DNA from: Spirochaetia bacterium
Lineage (GTDB): Bacteria > Spirochaetota > Spirochaetia > DSM-2461
DNA length: 64,000 nucleotides
Assembly (NCBI GenBank): GCA_963666985.2
Contig: CAXXIA010000002.1
Location: forward strand, 2,688,001 to 2,752,000
Reading direction: 5' to 3'
Positions within the stretch are counted from its first letter, which is position 1. Each line of letters begins with the position of its first letter. Made by a program: the position numbers and the translations under genes. Positions 10,273 through 19,319 of the stretch are shown here, piece after piece. The notes under the pieces were generated by a model, which did no database searches, was not told the origin of the DNA, and worked only from the letters and a program-made list of their open reading frames with translations.

Positions 10273-11162
10273 GCGTTGTTTGGAAAAAGTTCTTTTAATA
10301 CGTTCCTGAAAAGTTCTACCGCCGGGTTCGTATTGGCTTTATGCCATGCGACAACGTAAGTTCGCAGAGTATCTTCGCCCGGAATAGGAATGAAAACGAC
10401 ATTTTCAGCGTAGAATACTTTCCTTAACGCTTCGGGGACTATGGAAATACCCAACCCCGCGCCTACCGAAAGCAGTACGGCTTCGGCTCTGTCGTATCGG
10501 CAGCTGATTTTCGGTTTGTATCCTCTTGCTGAGCAAATGTCCGCGATCTGGTTGAAGAGCGCCGGACCGTCGGATTCGGAAACGGCAATAAAGCGTTCAT
10601 CGGCGAGTTTGGAGAAATCCAGCGGCCGCCTTGCCAGGGGATGGTCTTTATGAAAGGCCGCGCAGAGTTGATCCGTGTGGGTTTCTATAAAATCGAAAGT
10701 CTGCCCGGCCGGAATCATTTCCCGAACGGCGAAATGAAAATCGTATTTGTTTTCGTTCATGGCCAGAACCTGGCTGCGTCCCGATGTAAAGTTTATATCT
10801 ATTGTGATATCCGGATACCTGCCCGAATAAACCGAAAGACACCGCGATAAAATCGCGCTGGAGGTGGTTAGAGCCGCAATGGAAAGGCTTCCCTTGTAGC
10901 CTTTTTTCATTTGGCTGATTTGGAAAGCCGCCTTTTCCGAAAGTTCGATCATCTCCAAGGCATACGGCAAAAATCCGCGCCCCGATTCCGTTAAGGCGAC
11001 ACTGCGCCTGTCGCGGGTAAAGAGCTTGCTGCCGAGCTGTGCTTCGAGTTCGTTTATGTGATGACTGATGGCGGGCTGTGTTAGGCCGTGGCGGCGCGCC
11101 GCTTCGGTAAAGTTCAGGGTTTGTGAAACGGAAACAAAATATTTCAGCTGATTTATGTCCAT
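10269..11162 (-). CDS. LysR family transcriptional regulator
   Basis: MDINQLKYF...NFTEAARRHGLTQPAISHHINELE.LG..LF.R HTH plus substrate-binding domain; start moved to 11162. Confidence 0.95.
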   Translation of the reverse strand: MDINQLKYFVSVSQTLNFTEAARRHGLTQPAISHHINELEAQLGSKLFTRDRRSVALTESGRGFLPYALEMIELSEKAAFQISQMKKGYKGSLSIAALTTSSAILSRCLSVYSGRYPDITIDINFTSGRSQVLAMNENKYDFHFAVREMIPAGQTFDFIETHTDQLCAAFHKDHPLARRPLDFSKLADERFIAVSESDGPALFNQIADICSARGYKPKISCRYDRAEAVLLSVGAGLGISIVPEALRKVFYAENVVFIPIPGEDTLRTYVVAWHKANTNPAVELFRNVLKELFPNNA

Positions 11163-11219
11163 GCCGACCGCCTTTTTCGCACGGGTGACGAATGGAATCC
11201 CCGCCGCCGTCCGAACTCT

Positions 11220-11288
11220 ATTGTGAAAAAAAATATTTATCACGTCAATAAGGATATTTATTGACAGCCCCTTTTTTCTCATGATAAT
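11220..11288. promoter_or_regulatory. Back-to-back sigma70 promoters for lysR and molybdoenzyme 2
   Basis: Plus TTGACA-N16-GATAAT (11261-11288); minus TTGACG-N17-CACAAT (11248-11220); palindrome gtcaataa-N6-ttattgac. Confidence 0.55.
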
Positions 11289-11324
11289 TAGTTATAAAGA
11301 TGACTTTCGCAGGGAGGTTTTCCC

Positions 11325-14057
11325 GTGAGTAAGAAATTTCCGCCTGATAAACAAAATATCATCAGCTTCAGTCTTATGGGCCCTGAAAGCGGCGGTCCTT
11401 GTCTTGTGGACTCGAACGACGGAGAAATTACACGAATCAGACCCTACTTTTATGACGAAGAGGTTCGGGAAACCTGTAATCCCTGGGAAATAAACGCGCG
11501 CGGAAAAACTTTTCGCGCTCCGAACCGCGTAACCATTACGCCCTTCGGACTCGGGTATAAATCAAGGGTGTATTCACCGAACAGAGTTAAGTACCCCTTG
11601 AAGCGTGTTGACTGGGATCCGAAAGGTGAGCGCAATCCTCAAAACAGAGGCAAGTCCAAATATGTGCGCATTTCCTGGGACGAGGCGGCGCAAATCGTGG
11701 CCGACGAGCTTGTCCGCATTAAAGAAACCTACGGCCCCGAGGCCGTATTGTGTCAGGCGGACATGCACGGTGAAGGGAAGAATGTGTCTCCCAGTCACGG
11801 CTGTCCCAACCGGCTTTTGTCCCTGATGGGCGGCTATACCCTGCAAATGCGAAACATGGACAGCTGGGAAGGCTGGTTTTGGGGGGCAAAGCATGTTTGG
11901 GGCTGTGAACCCGTCGGGGAAATGGCGCCGCAGGCCAACCTTTTTCCCGATATCGCCAAGCATGCGGATCTGCTGCTGTTTTGGGGCTGCGACCCCGAAA
12001 CGACACCGCTGGGAGTTGTGAGTCATCTGCCCAGCCGTCTTTGCTACTGGCTTTCCGAAATCGGGCTCAAAAGCGTGTATGTCTGTCCGGATTTGAATTA
12101 CGGCGCGGCGGTACACGCCGATAAATGGATCCCCATTTTGCCGAACACCGATGTGGCGCTGCAGCTGGCAATCGCCTACATCTGGATAACCGAAGACTCC
12201 TACGACAAAGAATACATCGCTTCTCACGCTTACGGCTTTGAGAAGTTTAAGGATTACGTTTTGGGAGTTGAAGACGGTGTGCCGAAAAGCCCCGAATGGG
12301 CAAGCGAAAAGTGCGGAGTCGCCGAGTGGACGATAAAAGCGCTTGCTCGTGACTGGGCCAAGAAAACCGCAAGCATCCTGCACGGCAACGGCGGTCCCTA
12401 CATCAGAGGTCCGTATTCCACCGAGCCGGCCAGACTGGAAATTATGCTCCTGGGCATGCGCGGTTTGGGAAAACCGGGTGTTCATCAGGCGAAGATGATT
12501 GAATGGAATTTGTGGAACAAGGATTATCCCGTTCCGTTTCAAGGGGAGTTCGTTCCCAAAATGCCCCATATCTGCGATGCGCTTCGCCCTGTTGACGGTG
12601 ATGTTGATCCCGGTATCAACATGAAGCGTTTCGTTCTGTCGCCCGACCAGGAAAAACGTGCTCCCGAGCTGAAAGAACTGTTCCGCCAGCATCCCGCACC
12701 CCAGCAGTTTATTCCGAGAACCCTGATTCATAAGGCGATTCTGGAGGGTCATGCCGAATGGTACGGTCTGCAGTGCTTCAGTTCGAGTCAGCAGCCCGAC
12801 AAGAATAATTACCGAAAGCCCACCTCGGAGTATCAGTTCGAAAAAATCGTGTATCCCCGGGAGGGTTTATCCAAACTGCATATGATGTGGACCGATGCTC
12901 CCTGTCAGGTTACCTGCTGGAATCACGGCAATCTTATGATGGAGGCCATGCAGCATCCCGATATTGAGTGCATCGTCGCACAGCATCCCTGGCTTGAAAA
13001 CGACTGCTACTTCGCCGATATCATTTTTCCGGTCGCGACCAAGCATGAGCTGAACGACCTGGGCAACGATATGAGCAGCGGCGCCTTTACCTCCATATAC
13101 CTTGAAGAGCCTTGCTGCGAACCGGTCGGTGAGTCCGTATCCGATTTCGATGTGTGCGCACGGGTCGCCGAGAAGCTGGGCAGGGAGTACTACGATGCGT
13201 ATACGGGAAACCTTACCGAGGAGGAGCGGGTACGATTCTTTTACGCCGCCACGGGCTGTGAGGATTATATGTCCTGGGAGGAATTCCGGAAAAAGAAAAT
13301 CTATGTAATCCCCTGCAAAACCAATACGGAAGAACTCCCGGCGGGGCTTCTGGGTTTTTATAAGGACCCTGAGAACAACCCGCTCCAAACGCCGACGGGG
13401 CTCTTGGAATTTACCTCCACCGCGATTGAAAAGCATATGCCCGACGATCCCGAGCGCGGCCCCATACCCAAATGGATTGAAGCGGGGGAAAGCCATGATG
13501 AGCGGCTTTCCAGTAAACGGGCAGAAAAATATCCGCTGCTGTGCATGTCGAATCACGGACGCTGGAGAATGCACGCGCAATGCGACGACATTGTTTGGAA
13601 CCGCGAAGTGGAGACCATGAAAATCCGTGCGAAGGACGGCTATCAATACGAACCTGTCTGGCTGCATACAAGCGAGGCCGCTAAACGCGGTATTTCCCAT
13701 GGCGATATTGTAAAAGTGTTCAATGAGCGGGGCATTGTTCTCTGCGGGGCGTATGTTACCGAGCGCCTCGTGCCCCATACCTGCTATGTGGACCACGGCG
13801 CGCGTCTTGATCCGATTATTACCGGCAAGCTTGACAGGGGAGGGTGCATTAACAGCATCACGCCCACCTCGCAAACCTCAAAAAAGGCTTCGGGGATGGC
13901 CGTCAGCGGATTTTTGGTTGAAATCGAACGGGTAACGGACGAAGAAATGGACGGCTGGAAGCGTGATTATCCGGAAGCCTTCGCCCGGAAGATCGATGAA
14001 GCGGCGGGTGTGTGTCTCGCGGGCTGGCTTATGGGTGAAGACGAAGAGGTGATGTAA
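11325..14057 (+). CDS. Bis-MGD molybdoenzyme large subunit 2, more distant AthL (transhydroxylase)-family member
   Basis: YSPNRVKYPLKRVDWDPKGERNPQNRG, RISWDEA, RNMDSWEGWFWG (Ser ligand), SNHGRWRMHAQCDD, DRGGCINSITP; no Tat signal or N-terminal Fe-S motif. Confidence 0.9.
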   Translation: MSKKFPPDKQNIISFSLMGPESGGPCLVDSNDGEITRIRPYFYDEEVRETCNPWEINARGKTFRAPNRVTITPFGLGYKSRVYSPNRVKYPLKRVDWDPKGERNPQNRGKSKYVRISWDEAAQIVADELVRIKETYGPEAVLCQADMHGEGKNVSPSHGCPNRLLSLMGGYTLQMRNMDSWEGWFWGAKHVWGCEPVGEMAPQANLFPDIAKHADLLLFWGCDPETTPLGVVSHLPSRLCYWLSEIGLKSVYVCPDLNYGAAVHADKWIPILPNTDVALQLAIAYIWITEDSYDKEYIASHAYGFEKFKDYVLGVEDGVPKSPEWASEKCGVAEWTIKALARDWAKKTASILHGNGGPYIRGPYSTEPARLEIMLLGMRGLGKPGVHQAKMIEWNLWNKDYPVPFQGEFVPKMPHICDALRPVDGDVDPGINMKRFVLSPDQEKRAPELKELFRQHPAPQQFIPRTLIHKAILEGHAEWYGLQCFSSSQQPDKNNYRKPTSEYQFEKIVYPREGLSKLHMMWTDAPCQVTCWNHGNLMMEAMQHPDIECIVAQHPWLENDCYFADIIFPVATKHELNDLGNDMSSGAFTSIYLEEPCCEPVGESVSDFDVCARVAEKLGREYYDAYTGNLTEEERVRFFYAATGCEDYMSWEEFRKKKIYVIPCKTNTEELPAGLLGFYKDPENNPLQTPTGLLEFTSTAIEKHMPDDPERGPIPKWIEAGESHDERLSSKRAEKYPLLCMSNHGRWRMHAQCDDIVWNREVETMKIRAKDGYQYEPVWLHTSEAAKRGISHGDIVKVFNERGIVLCGAYVTERLVPHTCYVDHGARLDPIITGKLDRGGCINSITPTSQTSKKASGMAVSGFLVEIERVTDEEMDGWKRDYPEAFARKIDEAAGVCLAGWLMGEDEEVM

Positions 14058-14060
14058 ACA

Positions 14061-14876
14061 ATGGCTAAAGCATTTGTTATCGATGTCGCGCGCTGCAGCG
14101 GCTGTTTTAATTGTCAGCTTGCCTGCAAGGACGAGCACGCCGGGAACGATTGGGCGCCGTACGCGGCCGCACAGCCGGAAATCGGCCAGTTTTGGCTGAA
14201 ACTTCAGGAGAATGTTCAAGGCACCATCCCTAAGGTGAAAATCCACTATATCGCGAAGCTTTGTAACCACTGTGAGAAAGCCTCCTGCATCGGCGCCTGT
14301 CCGAATGACGCGATCTACCGGAGGAAGGACGGTCTTATTATCATCAATCCCGACAAATGCACCGGCTGCAGGGCCTGCATTTCCGCCTGTCCTTATAATG
14401 CGATTTACTTTAATGAGCAAAAACAGCTGGCTCAAAAGTGCACCGGCTGCGCCCACCTTCTGGATAACGGCTACAGTACGCCCCGCTGTGTCGAGGCCTG
14501 TCCTACCGACGCCATGGTTTTCGGAGAGGAAGAGGATCTGGCGGATTTAATCGAAGGCGCCGCCGTCATGTCTCCGGAAACGGGTCTGCACCCCAGGGTC
14601 TATTACCGCAACATTCCGCTGAAATTTATTGCGGGCACGGTATACGACCCCGTTGAAAAAGAGGTTGTTATCGGCGCTTCGTGCAGATTGAATTCGGGAG
14701 GGAAGCGCTGGCATACCGTTACCGATGAATACGGCGACTTTTGGTTTGAGGATTTGCCGGTGGGGCTTTACGACCTTGTTATTTCCCATGACGGTTTTGA
14801 ACCGGCCGTTTTTAACAGCCTGAAAACCGGAGCGGCGATAAATCTCGGAGATATACCTCTTCGGAAAAAAGAGTAA
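14061..14876 (+). CDS. 4Fe-4S small subunit of molybdoenzyme 2 (BthL-like)
   Basis: CSGCFNCQLACKDEH, CNHCEKASC, CTGCRACISACP, KCTGCAHLLD, PRCVEACP, C-terminal TDEYGDFWF domain. Confidence 0.9.
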   Translation: MAKAFVIDVARCSGCFNCQLACKDEHAGNDWAPYAAAQPEIGQFWLKLQENVQGTIPKVKIHYIAKLCNHCEKASCIGACPNDAIYRRKDGLIIINPDKCTGCRACISACPYNAIYFNEQKQLAQKCTGCAHLLDNGYSTPRCVEACPTDAMVFGEEEDLADLIEGAAVMSPETGLHPRVYYRNIPLKFIAGTVYDPVEKEVVIGASCRLNSGGKRWHTVTDEYGDFWFEDLPVGLYDLVISHDGFEPAVFNSLKTGAAINLGDIPLRKKE

Positions 14877-14926
14877 GATCCTTTTCTCGGCGGAGTGTCT
14901 TCCTGAAAAACGATAATAAAAGCCTT

Positions 14927-15733
14927 CTATTTAATGGGAATCCAAACTTCGAAGAAGCCTGTTAATTCACCATCCTCGACAACGCTGCAAATAAGGCATC
15001 CCCGGGCGTTGCCGCAAATTTCCAGGTTGTTCTTTTTCGCATAATCAATCATGTAATCAATAAGAGTAGGGGAAAAATTTGCCTTCCCTGAGCTTGTAAA
15101 TACCGAATGCAGGCTCTTTTCCGCCGGGAGATGGACTACCGGCGGTTTTATTTCCACATTGAATTCTTTCACGTACTTCATGTCCAGGGAAAAACCCCAA
15201 TGATAGTCCCGTTTTCCTCCATCGGAACCATCGGGTACATCAATCTCAAAGGATCGGTGGGTAAAAGGAATGTATTCAAGCCAGCGGTGTCCCAGTTTAT
15301 GCATCGCTTCACTGTTAACGTATTCATCGTTATGACGATTTAAATACCGAACTGTTTCATGACTGTTTTGAATATCACATTTCAACAGGAATTCTTTTGC
15401 TTGCAGTATTTCCTTTTTATATTTCCTGGCCCGTTCCAGCAAAAGTTCATTATTACGAATGGCCGCTTTTAATTCTTCTTCTTTATCTTCAATGTGGCGC
15501 AGGATATCTTGGGATGTGTATTCTCTGACCATGCCCGCAATCTGTCCGATTGAAAAACCGAAGTTTTTGAACCAAATACAGTCAAGCAGGAAGTTGATAT
15601 CCCAGGCATCGTAGTAACGATAATCGGTATATTTATCCTTTTCGGGTGTAACAACCCCTTTTTTCTCGTAATACCTGAGCAGATCGGGGGAAAGATCGAG
15701 AATTTTGCCTACATCACCGATTTTGTATTTCAT
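14927..15733 (-). CDS. MerR family transcriptional regulator with C-terminal effector-binding (GyrI/BmrR-like) domain
   Basis: MKYKIGDVGKILDLSPDLLRYYEKKG...YRYY...GFSIGQI; start moved to 15733. Confidence 0.92.
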   Translation of the reverse strand: MKYKIGDVGKILDLSPDLLRYYEKKGVVTPEKDKYTDYRYYDAWDINFLLDCIWFKNFGFSIGQIAGMVREYTSQDILRHIEDKEEELKAAIRNNELLLERARKYKKEILQAKEFLLKCDIQNSHETVRYLNRHNDEYVNSEAMHKLGHRWLEYIPFTHRSFEIDVPDGSDGGKRDYHWGFSLDMKYVKEFNVEIKPPVVHLPAEKSLHSVFTSSGKANFSPTLIDYMIDYAKKNNLEICGNARGCLICSVVEDGELTGFFEVWIPIK

Positions 15734-16063
15734 AACAATAATTATTACCGTCCGGGCAGGATAATTATATAAAAAAATATATAAAAGGAAGAATAAAAAG
15801 TCCACGCATTGCCTCACGGGGGTAGGTTCGCCGGGAGGGAGAGTCGGCAGAATCGGCCTGCCCGGGTGGCGTGCTCCCCGATAACGGCCGGAACGATGTG
15901 CTCTCCTTCCGCCCAGGCTCTCAATCCGCTGCCATGAATATTTTCTTTAAGAGAACAGGTTCCCAAAAGGACCGATAAGGCCGCCTTATAGCCGCCATCC
16001 GATGTTTCCCGCCATGGATTGAGAACCCGGAAGATCGTCTGAAAAAACGCCGATATTAATTCC

Positions 16064-16094
16064 TTGACCTTAGAACAATCCCAGAGTTTACCAT
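16064..16094 (+). promoter_or_regulatory. MerR-type promoter/operator 3 (cyclase...TRAP operon)
   Basis: TTGACC-TTAGAACAATCCCAGAGTT(19 bp)-TACCAT; 22 of the first 27 nt match the copy at 1578. Confidence 0.78.
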
Positions 16095-16127
16095 GATTTT
16101 AAATCAGATATTTGGAGGTATCTTCCT

Positions 16128-17015
16128 ATGGCCTATATGCCGCTTGATAAAAGCAAAATGTATCTTGATCGCAGCAAAATGACCAGGATTTACGATTTGA
16201 GTCAGCCTTGGGGCGTGGACACCCCCCTCTGGCCTTTCCCCGGCCCTCGTCAGGATTTACAGTTTCCACGAGGTCAGTACCTCGGACGTTTTCACAAACG
16301 GACATTCACTTACACGGGTACGCTTCATGCCGGTACCCATATGGACGCTCCCAACCATGTTCTCCATGAGGAAGAGTGCGACCGTGAGCGGAACGGATAC
16401 ACCCTGGCCGAGATTCCTCTGGAGTATGCCATCGGAACAGGTGTTATTCTCGACATGCGCCACTTGCAGAAAGAGTTTGAAGAAACATGGGTTACGGGTT
16501 TTGAAAAGGGCCTTTGGCGTATCATCACTCCTGAAGATGTTGAGAAGGCGTGTGCTAAGGACGGCCTTGAAATCCGTGAAAACGACTGGGTGGTTATCAA
16601 CACGGGCTTCCATAAATATTGGAGAACGAACAACGACAAGTATTACAACTACTATCCGGGTATGGGCCCTGAATTGGCGAAATATCTTGTCCATGAGAAG
16701 AAAATAAAAGGCATTACCGGTACATGGGGCGCAACCGACGCACCTTTATGGCACTGTCCGCTTTCGGAGCAGATGCCCTGGCTTGATAAAGCGTATCGAA
16801 AAGCTTACGGCACGGATCCGGCGCTTGAGTATCCGGATTATGAACCTTGTCACCGCATTTACATGCAGGCGGGCGTGTGCACGGTGGAGAATGCCGGCGG
16901 TGAAATCGATACGGTTACCGGTAAGCGTATGATTATCGCGGCGTTTCCTTTCCGCTGTGAAATAGCCGACGGCGGGTTTGTTCGTCTTGCCGCTTGGGAT
17001 GAGGGGTCTTTTTAA
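16128..17015 (+). CDS. Cyclase-family (kynurenine formamidase-like) metal hydrolase
   Basis: HAGTHMDAPNH matches HxGTHxDxPxH; C-terminal VEN and DGGFVR. Confidence 0.9.
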   Translation: MAYMPLDKSKMYLDRSKMTRIYDLSQPWGVDTPLWPFPGPRQDLQFPRGQYLGRFHKRTFTYTGTLHAGTHMDAPNHVLHEEECDRERNGYTLAEIPLEYAIGTGVILDMRHLQKEFEETWVTGFEKGLWRIITPEDVEKACAKDGLEIRENDWVVINTGFHKYWRTNNDKYYNYYPGMGPELAKYLVHEKKIKGITGTWGATDAPLWHCPLSEQMPWLDKAYRKAYGTDPALEYPDYEPCHRIYMQAGVCTVENAGGEIDTVTGKRMIIAAFPFRCEIADGGFVRLAAWDEGSF

Positions 17016-17977
17016 TGAACTCTCTTAGCGATATCCAAAAAATCGCTGTTCTCGGGGCCGGTACCATGGGCCCCGGAATCGCACAGATTTTTGCCATCGG
17101 CGGTTATCCGGTCACAATGTGGACAAGAAGTGAAGCCACAAGAGAAAAGGCGAAAGAAACACTCTATAAGAGTCTTAAAACTTTTGCCGAAGAGGATTTA
17201 ATCCCCGCCGATAAGGTTGAGGAAGTTTTTGCCCGAGTCGATTTTGCACTTACCGTGGAAGAGGCCGTTAAAGGTGCCGATTTCATTATGGAAACAATCG
17301 TTGAGAACAAAGACGCCAAATCCCAGCTTTTCGCTCAGCTTGATCAATGCATCGGCGACGATTGCATCATCGCATCGAACACATCGGGGCTGAACATCTT
17401 CGAAATCGTTCCCGAAAACCGCCTGAAGCAAATGATGATCGCCCATTGGTACGCTCCCGCTCAGCTCATCCCTCTGGTCGAGGTTGTGAAGAGCGAACAG
17501 GCACCCGAGGCTTATGCATCCATTACCGTGGACTTGCTTGAAAAATGCGGTAAAACCGCGGTGCTTATGAAAAAGTTCATTCGCGGCTATATCGCGAACA
17601 GAATGCAGATGTGTCTGAATCAGGAACTCTTTTATCTTCTTGACAACGGCTACTGCTCCGCGGAGGACGTTGATAAAGCGGTCAAAGCAAGCTTTATTCC
17701 CCGTGCCGTTGTTCTGGGATTGTGCAAGCGTGCCGATTTCGGCGGACTTGATATGACCGCCAACAACTATAAAAACAAGAGCTACACCATGCCTCCGGAA
17801 GTGGATATGCCCAAAACCTTGGCGGATCATATCGAGAAAGGTGAATTGGGACTTAAAACGGGCAAAGGATTCTACGACTACGGCAATGTTGATAAACAGG
17901 CTCTCTTGGCAAAGCGGGACAAGCAGCTTTTTGAGATTTTCAAGGTTGCTAAGAAATTCATGGACGACCCGGTGTAA
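17015..17977 (+). CDS. 3-hydroxyacyl-CoA dehydrogenase family protein
   Basis: GAGTMG, ETIVEN, ASNTSGL, AHWYAPAQLIPLVEV, GYIANRMQ, KTGKGFYDY; TAATG coupling to the cyclase gene. Confidence 0.92.
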   Translation: MNSLSDIQKIAVLGAGTMGPGIAQIFAIGGYPVTMWTRSEATREKAKETLYKSLKTFAEEDLIPADKVEEVFARVDFALTVEEAVKGADFIMETIVENKDAKSQLFAQLDQCIGDDCIIASNTSGLNIFEIVPENRLKQMMIAHWYAPAQLIPLVEVVKSEQAPEAYASITVDLLEKCGKTAVLMKKFIRGYIANRMQMCLNQELFYLLDNGYCSAEDVDKAVKASFIPRAVVLGLCKRADFGGLDMTANNYKNKSYTMPPEVDMPKTLADHIEKGELGLKTGKGFYDYGNVDKQALLAKRDKQLFEIFKVAKKFMDDPV

Positions 17978-17995
17978 TTCAAAGGAGAAAAGGCA

Positions 17996-18652
17996 ATGTC
18001 AATGAACAAAGAAGCGGCACTTCAGGAGGTGCTGGCCCGATTTAAAGACGGACAAACCATTATGTGTGCCGGTTTTACCAACGTCGGTTCCGCCAACAAA
18101 TTGATCAAAGCCGTCTCGGATGCCGGTTTTAAAGATTTGAATATCATCGCAAACGATGCCGGTAACGACAAGCAAGACGGTATCGGCACATTCATCTGCC
18201 GAAAACAGGCTCAATCGCTCACGGCAAGCCATGTCGGTCTTAATCCTAAGGTCGCGGAACAAATGAACGAAGGAACTTTGAAAGTAACCTTGGTTCCTCA
18301 AGGAACTCTCGCCGAGCGTATTCGCTGCGGCGGATACGGTCTGGGGGGTGTTTTGACGCCCACGGGCGTCGGTACCGTTGTGGAAGAAGGCAAGCAAGTG
18401 ATTGAACGTGACGGGAAGAAATATCTGCTTGAAACGCCTCTGCGCGCCGAAATCGCACTGATTAAGGCATGGAAGGCCGACAGAAACGGCAACCTCGTTT
18501 ATCGGCGGGCGGCACGGAATTTCAATCCGGTTATGGCGACGGCGGCCGATTTCGTTATTGCCGAGGTGGAAGAAATTGTCGAAACCGGTGAGATCGATCC
18601 CGATGCGGTCATGACTCCGGGAATCTGTGTCGACATGATCGTCAAGCTCTAA
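17996..18652 (+). CDS. atoD: Acetoacetate/3-oxoacid CoA-transferase subunit A
   Basis: SHVGLN, PQGTLAERIRCGG.GLGGVLTPTGVGT, ARNFNPVMA. Confidence 0.9.
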   Translation: MSMNKEAALQEVLARFKDGQTIMCAGFTNVGSANKLIKAVSDAGFKDLNIIANDAGNDKQDGIGTFICRKQAQSLTASHVGLNPKVAEQMNEGTLKVTLVPQGTLAERIRCGGYGLGGVLTPTGVGTVVEEGKQVIERDGKKYLLETPLRAEIALIKAWKADRNGNLVYRRAARNFNPVMATAADFVIAEVEEIVETGEIDPDAVMTPGICVDMIVKL

Positions 18653-18665
18653 GGAGGAGCGTCGA

Positions 18666-19304
18666 ATGACAGGCAGAGAATATATTGTTTCGCGGGCGGC
18701 GAAGTTTTTCAAAGACGGCGACGTCGTCAACCTGGGCATCGGTATGCCCACGCAGGTCGCAAATTATCTCCCCGAGAATGTGCACATTATCCTTCAGTCG
18801 GAAAACGGCTTTATCGGAATCGGCGCCACTCCTTCCGAAGACGAATGGGATCATGATGTTGTAAACGCGGGCGGACAGCCGTCATCAATCGTGGCCGGCG
18901 GCTGCACGTTCGACAGCGCGACAAGCTTCGGCCTTATTCGCGGCGGACACGTGGATGCTACGGTTTTGGGCGCGCTGGAGGTTGATCAGGAGGGTAATCT
19001 GGCAAACTGGATTATCCCGGGCGTCAGAGTTCCCGGTATGGGCGGCGGCATGGATCTGGTCGTCGGCTCAAACCTTGTCATCATAACCATGGAACACTGC
19101 ACCAAGAAGGGTGAGTCCAAGATTCTCAAGAAGTGCACGCTTCCTTTAACGGCCGCGGGCCAAGTCGACTATATCGTTACGGATATGGGCGTTTTTCACT
19201 GTACGGATAAGGGCCTTGTTCTTGAAGAGCTCGCTCCCGGTGTAACGGTAGATGATGTTAAGGCGAAAACAGAAGCCGATTTGATTCTATCGGACAGTCT
19301 TTAA
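18666..19304 (+). CDS. atoA: Acetoacetate/3-oxoacid CoA-transferase subunit B
   Basis: VNLGIGMPT, LQSENG (catalytic Glu), GMGGGMDL, CTLPLT. Confidence 0.9.
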   Translation: MTGREYIVSRAAKFFKDGDVVNLGIGMPTQVANYLPENVHIILQSENGFIGIGATPSEDEWDHDVVNAGGQPSSIVAGGCTFDSATSFGLIRGGHVDATVLGALEVDQEGNLANWIIPGVRVPGMGGGMDLVVGSNLVIITMEHCTKKGESKILKKCTLPLTAAGQVDYIVTDMGVFHCTDKGLVLEELAPGVTVDDVKAKTEADLILSDSL

Positions 19305-19319
19305 GAAGAGGTTAGGAAC

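Noticed and set aside
4590..14057. Calling the molybdoenzymes DMSO/TMAO/nitrate reductases or formate dehydrogenases, or selenoproteins
   Set aside because: No Tat signal, membrane anchor, N-terminal Fe-S motif or in-frame TGA; DSWEG and BthL-type partners point to the transhydroxylase family
8136..19304. Lysine fermentation cluster (kce plus atoDA)
   Set aside because: No kamA, kamDE, kdd or kal genes; context favours a different beta-keto acid
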